Source: Veleropilina oligotropha (lineage: Eukaryota). From it: a stretch of DNA of 20,000 nucleotides. Numbering within the stretch: position 1 is the stretch's first letter; each line of letters opens with the position of its first letter. The stretch covers positions 112,263 through 132,262 of the forward strand of contig JBEUKZ010000113.1 of assembly GCA_048128005.1 (NCBI GenBank). The letters are read 5' to 3'. The notes below the pieces were generated by a model. That model did not search any database. It was given only the letters and a program-made list of their open reading frames with translations, and had not been told where the DNA came from. Positions 10,651 through 20,000 of this stretch are shown one piece after another. The translations under genes were made by a program, and so were the position numbers.

Positions 10651-10875
10651 CTTCTAGCCCTTGGGACATGGTCAATGCTGCCGGATAATATCACATAAAT
10701 CCGTTTCGAGCAATATGCCAACGGTATAATACAATCAAATGATCATACCCTGGTGTTCATGGCCAATATTTCCTGAAAGTTTCACCCAAATCCACGCATC
10801 TGCTATTTCAAAAGCGCGCTAAAATACAGAAAAACAAACGGGGTGAAATACAACCTTCGTACGGCTTCAGTGAAG
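10647..10875 (-). mobile_element. Degenerate HINE/DINE-1-like (Helentron-associated) element fragment
   Basis: Two loosely similar core units (...CATGGTCAAT...ATCACATAAATCC and ...CATGGCCAAT...TTTCACCCAAATCC), then ACAGAAAAACAAACGGGGTGAAATACAACCTTC...GAAG. This resembles the microsatellite plus subterminal hairpin end of such elements. Pattern recall only. Confidence 0.45.
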
Positions 10876-11449
10876 AATACGGATGTATTTAAGCAATACG
10901 AAACAAACAATCCGATTCCTCGGACACTCGCTCTGCTGCTCAAATCTCACTCTGATATTGTGATACACATCAATTCAAAGTACAGTATATTGGAAGAATC
11001 ACAATGCGATGCGATAATCGACAAGAAACACGCTGGTTCAAGCCTGAATTTTCTACGATTACAGAGTTTCCGGTTAGAGAAAAAAACAAAAGGCCGGAAA
11101 TGAGGTCAAAATACATGCTGGATTCAGAATTGCACATTTTGGAGTATTTTTAGTGACGTACACAGCCTTATGATAAAATTCTATGAAAATCGTGTAGGTG
11201 GATACAGAGAAACATTCGAGGAGAGATAAACAGACACATTTCCATGTGGTTGATAATAGACATTGGAACTATAGGGTCCATTGTTCCGAGTAATAAAACA
11301 GACAATGGGATTAATTATAGAGGTGCGTGAACAAAGAAGTTGACAAGTTGCCAAACTCATTAAAATAGAGGAATCCACATCCGATGAAGCGACATAGGGC
11401 CTAAAACCAGGAACTTACAAAATAGAGACGGATACAAATAACATTGATG

Positions 11450-11610
11450 CGATGCTGGTCTAAATAGGAATGGTTCTTGGTTCAATCCCGGTTCTAACAA
11501 CGAAGTTTCCCTTGATCGCTGCCAATTCACTTTATCGTTCGAAGTTGATTGACAAGATTTATGTCTGAAATACTGTTGTCGTGATCTTTAAACATCAATT
11601 GATCATCATC
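11450..11610 (+). mobile_element. Highly degenerate SINE remnant
   Basis: B-box-like GGTTCAATCCCGG (~11479-11492) and a tail CTGAAATACTGTTGTCGTGATCTTTAAACATCAA similar to the tail of the 4180-4405 element. Confidence 0.45.
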
Positions 11611-14600
11611 AGCCTTTTACAAAACACATTTAATATATATCTTAGGATTCTTACCCTTACATGTATTGAATGACGAGTGTTCTTACTCTTAAGAACATTT
11701 TGCCAGCAAGGAACTAACCTACAGAAGTTAAATACGTTTTTATCGTTCTTCTAAACTATTTAACTGACCGGTATTTCATAATATACTGGCCCCTTCGGCG
11801 TCTGTCAGGTTGGATTAAAGGGTCGTACCAAAATCACTCCTATTGATTGCAATGCCTCCATTGACTTGGGGGAAATCTTCGCGTATGGCTGTCTCGGACC
11901 TCCTCGAAGACGGTCCGGATCGTAATCCGGATTGTTTTACGCATTATTATATTGACATCAATAATTGGAAAAACCTGTGAAATGTGAACTTTGAAAGCAT
12001 TTTAAAAATCAACAAAATCGAAATGAAACAAAGGGTCATAACTCGGTAACAACTGCCAGTAGACAGCCAATATTTTGACATCTTTACAGCAGACATTTGT
12101 GTTTTAGAGTGAATTTATAGCATTCATTTTTTATCCGAAGCTAAAATCGTCGAGAAATTGCGATATTTGTACTAACTCTTTAAGTACTGCTGCTAATACC
12201 GTGATGTAATTTACACCATTAAGCTAGGATACGACAATCTACACTTCTTGAATTTTCAGTTATAGTAAATTCGTAATGTAATTCCACTTAATTTGCAAAT
12301 TCGTACAATGGTACAGATAATGCTTTAAGCTTAAATCGAAGTACGATTTGTCCACAATCATATATATGGCGCAGTGGTAGAGCGTTTTGCAATGCTTTTG
12401 GTAAGCCTTTTTGCTATATTTCTCTAATATGATCTCGGTCGCAATCAGGATATTTTATGACGTCATATTCGTTGTTCAGCTCTGAAAAGGAAAACTATTG
12501 GTCGTAGAGCTTCTGGATTTTACGATCGTGTTCCTTGGCACAGTGTCGAGGGTTGCAATCAATGGATCAATGTTATACGTATGACGCCTTTCCCGACGAA
12601 CGTTTGGGTATCGCATTAAGTTCGACATTTTCTTTACAGTGTCGTCGTTGGACGTCATTGTAGTTGTGACTTATGGCGTCTATAATTAAACAAGTTACAA
12701 CGTTACCAGCGCATGTTATTCAAGTTTAAAACATTAGGATAAGAATTTACCTCACCTATTACCCGTGGTTAAGCTATCCACAGGATTAATTTTGTTTGGA
12801 ACAACAGACTAACCATTGAATATTTTTAATAGTTTTAAACTGTAGATAAGTCGGATTTATCCAGATTTTGAACAACCTTGTCTTCTATTACATGTCTAAC
12901 AAGATGATTATCAATATTCATCAAAATAATAATATATCACAAAGACAGGCGGAATAGATTGGATTGTTTGCGAATATTTCCATAATCACAATAATTAAAT
13001 ATCAAGCGAAATGTGCCCGAAAATTCCAACATTTGTCTTGTTTTGTACGAAGAGCGTCCACGGTTGCTTATCTCTCTGCGTTGTACTTATTACAAAATAC
13101 TCTCTAACTGAAATGGATCACTTGTTACAACGCTAAGTACAGATGTGATGCCGACGTGGCGTGTTCCATGATAAAATCAATGCATGATATTTAAAGCCAG
13201 GCTGCACCCCACTTAACCTAGCACGTGGCTGAACATATGTAATACATATATAACCAGATGGTCCATACAGCGTTTGGTCCTAATTTGCTGTTACTGTGTT
13301 TCATGTTATCAAAGAGAAGAAAATACATAATAATTTGATCACTTATGTCAGTAACACATCATTTAATAGACGGTATATGTTCCGGAAATAGTCTAATTTT
13401 AAATTATTTACGACACTGCCATAACAGGAATAGTCTATTACAGACAAATGTCCTTCTGTCTCTTTTATGTTTTCAATTTCTTACAATTCCGAGTAAATTG
13501 TACACGTATTATAATATACTGATATATTTCATGATTCAACAGTTTCCACTATGTACGTTTCCGAACAATATTGGACAAGTGTCTCAGGGAGTTTCTACTT
13601 AGAATTTCATAAAAACAGGCCCAATTGCAATATCTCAACCAATCACTACCTGAGCGAAAGTAACTATATGTCCTTTGTTTTCGATCAATAACAATAGTCA
13701 TACCCATATCCAGTACAAAATCTTTATGTGGGGGAAATGGCAAGCATGAAAGATCAGATGTCACTCTTCTAAACATAATATTATTCCATGACCATATGTT
13801 TAAGGTCTGGCCAGTACTTGGTTGGCATTCATTGAAGTATATCTACACAAGCTGTGAAAATTCATCGGTTCATGGGACGCCTCATAATATGATGCCAATA
13901 CAGACAATTTACCGGTTAGGTGGATCTATAAATATATGGACACACATGAAGATAACCCCAATGATATAAATATTAGTATATTATTCTGGAAATCTAAGTA
14001 GTTTCATTCTTGGTGCAGCTCGAAAGGAAATATCCCGAAGCCAGTTGGGTTTAATGAAGCCAACAATGTGATATTATGGGCTTATAACATGACGCAACGG
14101 CAACACCAACTGTAATAAACGACTCAATGAACCTTGAAAATGACGCCTATCTGGTATATTTATGAGAATATCGGCGCGGCATAAGACTCGATCACGAGTA
14201 GGTATTGAACACGAGAGTTCCACGGAGCAGAAATTCATTGACATGAAAAAATAATTCGCCGATTGAGTTACTTTGACGACTAACAGAGAGGACATGCATA
14301 TTATTGATATACTGACATTATTCCAAGTTTGATTAATTGTTATTCTCTCTCTCTCTTCCCGTCTCCCTCCCTCCGCCTTGTCTCTGATATTTTGCTCAAT
14401 AACTGCATACGTTATTGTACGTTTGCCTATAACATAGTTATAATTCTTCGTGAGGGGTTGCAGTTTTTTTACCGAAAAGCCTCGTGTTGACATATCCATA
14501 GCACCAGTACGATGGTTCAATGATTACACACATGATATGCCAAATATCAACATTCTTTTATTCGTCTCCTTTGTCGGTGCATATATCTAGATGTATGCTC

Positions 14601-15439
14601 TATATGAATAATTAGCCCTGCACTTGGGCTCAATGAAATAAATTGGTGGAACATAGTCATATCGATTATGCCAAGGTCTTGTATCACAACTTACGTCATA
14701 TCTGTATTTATTGGGTACATTTCAATAGTTAGACAATGTTGAAAAGACGCATCCCAATGAATCGTGTAAATGGGCTATCCGACTTTATAGCCTTCCAAAT
14801 TCCCAACAAAATATATGTATCAGCCGTGATTTATCATTCGTAATAAAGTTATGTAGAACATTATTTTCAATAATGCCCCCAAGACTCAGTCATAAAAGTG
14901 GCACGTATAGCCAAGTTGTGAATATGCTTGTCAAATATGCATCGATTGACACAGGTAAAATATAGTGATGACGATATATAAAATTACGAAAGATACATAA
15001 GAGTGTAATGACATCATCATAGCGCCATGTGCGTAACCAGAAATTTGAAGGGGAGCGGACGAATGAAAATATAGTTTGATCGTTGAGAAAAAATTGTCAA
15101 TACACGGTGTGGGTATGAAACACCCAGTAAAGCATTCGGAGAATGCAACTGCGAAATGTTTCATTTTAATCACATGGTATAGTATGAGTAAAGTATTGAC
15201 AAGTACGAAAGTAACATAAGAAAGGATCGATGCTTAATGTCCTGTAAATTTTCAACCATCATTAGGTTCAAACCAGAACATGTCCATATTGTCGCGGGAT
15301 GAAAGGGAAAACCAGCCGTCTCCGACCAGTTACGGATAGCTGTGACTCATAACTTGAATAAACAATGTCATGTTTCACCCGAGGTTCGAAACCACTACTG
15401 TTCGTGTCAGAGGAATCCAGCCAGTGATTTTTCGGAGTC

Positions 15440-16730
15440 CACGACCGTATGGCGTGCCAAGTGTTTCAAAACTTTCATGAGCCGCACCAATATATTCATG
15501 CGGCGCAACAATATATTCGTGCGGCGCAACAATATAACAATAACATGGTTTTGAAGGGCGTCGTGCTGTTTTATTGGCCCGACATGAGTGATTATTGGCC
15601 CGACAGTCTTGACTGGAGGGCCAATAATTATTCATGAAGCACGATGCCCGCCCAAACCATGTTATTACTATTATTATCAGATACTATAAAAGGGTAGTTT
15701 GCACTTTAGTGGGCGCAAAGATTTTTTTCCGCACATGGTTATAAGATACAATCTCTTACCTTATTTTTATGACAATACGACTACGATTTGGGAAGAAAAT
15801 ACCATCCTTTCCTATTTTTCATCGGTAAATCCTCAAATAACTAGTAATTGTAAATGTCGTCTGCTAGAATTTGCGAAATTGGCACCGATCACATACTCAC
15901 ACGTCACGTGACAAAACGGTGGGCCGCTAATGACAATAACGGCCCTCTGATCGGGCCGTTATAGAGATTTACCGTCCACTCAAAATAGAGCTATCCTACT
16001 AGTAACGGCACCGTCATCTGATAATAATATATATTCATGCGCCGCACCAATATCTATATTCGTGCGGCGCACGAATATATTGGCGCGCCGCGCGAATATA
16101 TATTGGTGCGTCACATGAATATAGATATTGATGCGCCGCATGAATATATTGGTGCGCCGCATGAATATATATTGGTGGGCCGCACGAATATATTGGTGCG
16201 CCGCAGGAATATATATATATTGGTGCGGCGCATTAATATATATTGGTTCGCCGCACGAATATATTGGTGCGCACGAATATATTAGTTTTGAAACACATGG
16301 CACGGCATATGACCGAAACCACGCGACTGTCGAAGCGGCCAAGCAGCTTAAGAGCGTAAATACATCGTCGTGGCGGTCTATATATACGAATATATTGACG
16401 CGCCGCGAGAATATATATTGGTGCGCCGCATGAATATAGATATTGGTGCGCCGCATGAATTTATATTGGTGCGCCGCACGAATTTAGATATTGGTGCGGC
16501 GCATGAATATATTGGTGCGCCGCACGAATATATTGGTGCGCCGCATGAATATAAATATTGCGTCGCATTAATATATTGGTGCGCCACACGAATATATTGG
16601 TGCGCCGCATGAATATATTGGTGCGGCGCATGAAAGTTGTGAAACACTTGGCACGGCGTACGACCGAAACCACACTACTGTCTGAGCGGCCAAGCAGCAT
16701 AAGAGCGTAAATACATCGTCGTGGCGGTCA
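15440..16730. mobile_element. Composite, inverted-arm repeat element with ~18-24-bp minisatellites and internal palindromes; unclassified
   Basis: 15450-15530 is an inverted homologue of ~16580-16660. There is a 14-bp perfect inverted repeat at 15669-15682 / 16016-16029, and hairpins at 15539-15666 and 15936-15962. Confidence 0.6.
16030..16635. repeat. Minisatellite (ATATTGGTGCGCCGCAYGAAT)n in two blocks
   Basis: Directly visible blocks at ~16030-16283 and ~16380-16634, each followed by a ~95-bp spacer (16284-16378, 16635-16729). Confidence 0.93.
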
Positions 16731-17754
16731 GCGCCCTACCAAACATGTTTGCGAGTATATTAAAATGAAAATACGGGTAAAGCTTTATTCTTGAAATGTT
16801 CATAATTCACTATTACAAATTATTCAAGACGTCAAATAATTCATTTTCAATTGCATTGATCGCCAACAGAAATTGTCAAAGCGAAGATGGAATTATATAT
16901 AAGTGATCGTTTCCACGTGTTAATAATAAAACATTTAATACAATCAATAAACATATTAATTATTTACTAGTTTACCCTACGTTGTTATCTCTTTGCAAAA
17001 TATACCGTATATTTAGTGACAGTCTATCAAGATGAACTACTAGTATTCTACACTGTATTAACGCTGAAATAAACTTTCTATAAAACAATCAATCTATTGA
17101 AAATTTGGACAATAATAAAAACACAGTTAATTTACGCAATGCAAAGTAATGATTCAATGGTACCCTAATTGGAACACGATTTATCTACGAACTGTACATT
17201 AGCTATATTGGCATTACTATTCAATATATTATCAGAACACTTTATTTAAAATGTTCGTAATGAACTTTCGTATAAAAGAAGGTGTCGTCCCCTCCAATAC
17301 GCATAAAGTCAATACAAATCATTATTTCGAGTATGCTTAATGAATTAATGATTAATTATCATTAATGAATGTCTAATGAAATGACAAAAGCCATTATTAA
17401 ATTCATTTGAATACAATAAAAGGTCAGATGGTGACGTGACAGACACGATAGGGCACATGGATGCCAGCCTAATAGTCATGGTGCGGTCTTAGTTTTAGAG
17501 GACATTTTGCCTTTGCGACCTCTGGAAAAATTGTTTCTCAAATAAGTATTTTGATATACTTATATATATATATTTAATATTTTCGGTGTTGAAAAGAACA
17601 TTCAGAACGGTTTAAACCAATCGACCATTCCGGCTCAGAAAAATGAGCATTCTTTAGAGTAGTAAGATAACTGCAGAGAGTTACGTAAAATAAGTAAGTA
17701 GAATACAGAAATACATTGTTTTCATAAAACACATGACATAACCGCATAGATATA

Positions 17755-18320
17755 TACTCAACCAAAAAGAAACGCACACCCCACTTTTATATACTAGGTT
17801 AACAATTGGAGAAAATTTATTGCAATAAAACATTTCTGAGACACTAGCTGTCTTTTATTATTTAATAAATTAAATGAAAGATAATTATTCTCTGCCAAAA
17901 ATATTTGAGGGGGATATTAAAATGCAGACCGTCGTGCGGGCGCGCGTCCGTGCGCCGTGCAAATTATTTTTCTGGAGCGTATTTCATAAACCGCTCAACG
18001 TATCTTTACGAAATTTGGTGGGTGTATTAAGCAGTTAGTGAACTGTTTTCATATTGTGTGGCGATTATTGACATAGTTATCGCCCTTGTTATTGAAACAA
18101 GGATGATGCATATTCCAATGTATGTCCACGAATGACATACAGTATAGTAACTGTGAATGCACCATTTCAGGGAATATTGCTGAATTTGTCTTATTGTTCA
18201 TTATTGAGGAAAAGAAAGTTAGTGTCAGAGAAATGTCTTTATGCATTAAATTTTAACAAATTATTCACTTACAACTGAAATTCTATAAAGTGGGGGGTGC
18301 GTTTCTTTTTTGGTTGAGTA
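17755..18320. mobile_element. Non-autonomous Tc1/mariner-type element (MITE) with TA target duplication
   Basis: Left end TA|TACTCAACCAAAAAGAAACGCACACCCCACTTT and right end AAAGTGGGGGGTGCGTTTCTTTTTTGGTTGAGTA|TA. Degenerate TIR similarity continues ~110 bp inward (ACATTTCTGAGACACTAGCT vs AGTTAGTGTCAGAGAAATGT). Confidence 0.88.
17884..18198 (+). mobile_element. HINE/pearl-like (Helentron-associated) element nested in the Tc1-type MITE
   Basis: TTATTCTCTGCC...GAGGGGGATATT start, then a degenerate (CCGT/GCGT) microsatellite CCGTCGTGCGGGCGCGCGTCCGTGCGCCGTGC, then a core ...TTTACGAAATTTGGT...TTATCGCCCTTG, and a GGGAATATT...TTGTT end. Pattern recall; boundaries are approximate. Confidence 0.6.
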
Positions 18321-19314
18321 TATAATAAAAGTAAGAGTGTGGCAGCGAGAATGAATTACAATAAATCGGTTTATTAAACAATTTCAGCTTTTATTCTGAA
18401 AAGAAGATATATGAAGAATCACAGTCTATGCCCGTCGAGACAAGAGAACACGCGGTTATATTATACTGTAACGTCATAAATAATGAAAAGATTGTGACAA
18501 TGTTATAATGCTAAAAGAAAAGAAAACTAAAGAGTTACATATATTTGATGAATATATTGATATTTATATACCTTGAATTATTTCAGTAAAATATACATGT
18601 GCATATTGATGTCAACTTTTTGGTATGGCTTACTTACCAGTTTCCGATGCTTGCAGTGACGACGTTATCGTGATAACCCCTCTTTAGTTACGGCAACTGA
18701 AGCCGACTGCAGCGGGACGCGTGCGATGCGGATAGTCTACTGGATGTCCTGATAGATGTAACCCACTCTCGCCCCTAATTGGCTTGTAATTGCTGCTCTA
18801 AGCAACAGCAGGGCTGCTGGACTCTGAGCAACGAAGATTCTGGCGCGATGGCTTCAGCGAAAATGAAGCAATGTGTGTATGTTTAAAGCCCCTTCGACGG
18901 TCGATGACATTGACAGCCAGAAAATGCCCTTTTTGCCTCTCCTGCCTTTTATTGATGCATATTATGTCATTGCCGCGAACAGCGAAGAATGCATAACAAA
19001 GATGTATTGTTTGATGATATCGTTTCATTGATCAAATCAAATCAAAGCCAACACCGGCGACGAACCATTCCAAAGTGGGGTGTAATTCTCATCAATTCCT
19101 GTTAGTGGAACCTACGGGATCGATCATATGTGTCGCGACAGCACGGCCCGATTTAACACAGCATCAATGCAACACATTTTTGGTGCATTGTTAAATAACA
19201 TGGTGAATGCAAATTATAAGCAGAACTGTTATAACATTCGTAATAAGAAACACTTGATTATTTTCAGCCAGCGCAAGGCGATTGCTAATGTAAATTGGTA
19301 CACATTATCTGTCA

Positions 19315-19767
<453 letters not shown>

Positions 19768-19856
19768 GAAATTTGGTAGGGTGTATTAAGCAGTTAGTGA
19801 ACTGTTTTCATATTGTGTGGCGATTATTGACATAGTTATCGCCCTTGTTATTGAAA
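19768..19856 (+). repeat. Near-exact direct copy of 18010-18097
   Basis: GAAATTTGGT(A)GGGTGTATTAAGCAG...GCCCTTGTTATTGAAA; the only difference seen is one inserted A. Confidence 0.95.
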
Positions 19857-19860
19857 TATG

Positions 19861-19934
<74 letters not shown>
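19857..19934. repeat. (TA)n microsatellite
   Basis: Directly visible. Confidence 0.97.
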
Positions 19935-19938
<4 letters not shown>

Positions 19939-20000
19939 CTAATCCGCGGCACAATCATACTTCAATATAGAAATATAACATAAAAATATTTATTTATACT

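Noticed and set aside
12367..12390. TGGCGCAGTGGTAGAGCG A-box-like tRNA 5' fragment
   Set aside because: No B box or remaining cloverleaf follows; at most a tiny SINE relic.
13549..13776. Minus-strand ORF with DWLRYCNWA, vaguely like the PR/SET NWMRYVNCA motif
   Set aside because: Only a few residues match, with no other domain motifs or convincing splice context; cannot be supported without a profile search.
14074..14520. 148-aa minus-strand ORF
   Set aside because: No recognisable motifs, and it spans a CT-rich low-complexity run; likely a chance ORF.
15980..16700. Multiple overlapping repetitive ORFs (MRRTNI/AAHQYI/APHEYI)
   Set aside because: They are translations of the minisatellite on both strands; not coding evidence.

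Overview
This is an AT-rich, repeat-saturated eukaryotic window, most likely intronic or intergenic DNA from an invertebrate animal. The mix of SINE, L2, HINE-like and MITE elements suggests a lophotrochozoan or another marine invertebrate, but that is inference. I find no supportable host protein-coding gene. The long IY-rich ORFs are artefacts of (TA)n microsatellites, and the only recognisable coding remnants are two 5'-truncated L2/CR1-group LINE 3' ends (~6993-7560 minus, ~9900-10555 plus). Three items stand out. (1) A 4.1-copy, apparently identical 288-bp tandem array (2647-3835): each unit carries a 73-nt tRNA cloverleaf with a GGT anticodon, a T4 terminator, and a 32-nt leader that is antisense to the tRNA 3' end and trailer, with G.U pairs. 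(2) A 1273-bp fold-back DNA element (5515-6787) with TAT..ATA termini, 68-bp perfect TIRs, arms built of palindromes and a 6-bp TSD, which is IS3EU-like; it sits inside the tRNA-derived head of a SINE. (3) Several nested or microsatellite-embedded insertions, including an 89-bp near-exact local copy trapped inside a TA tract.
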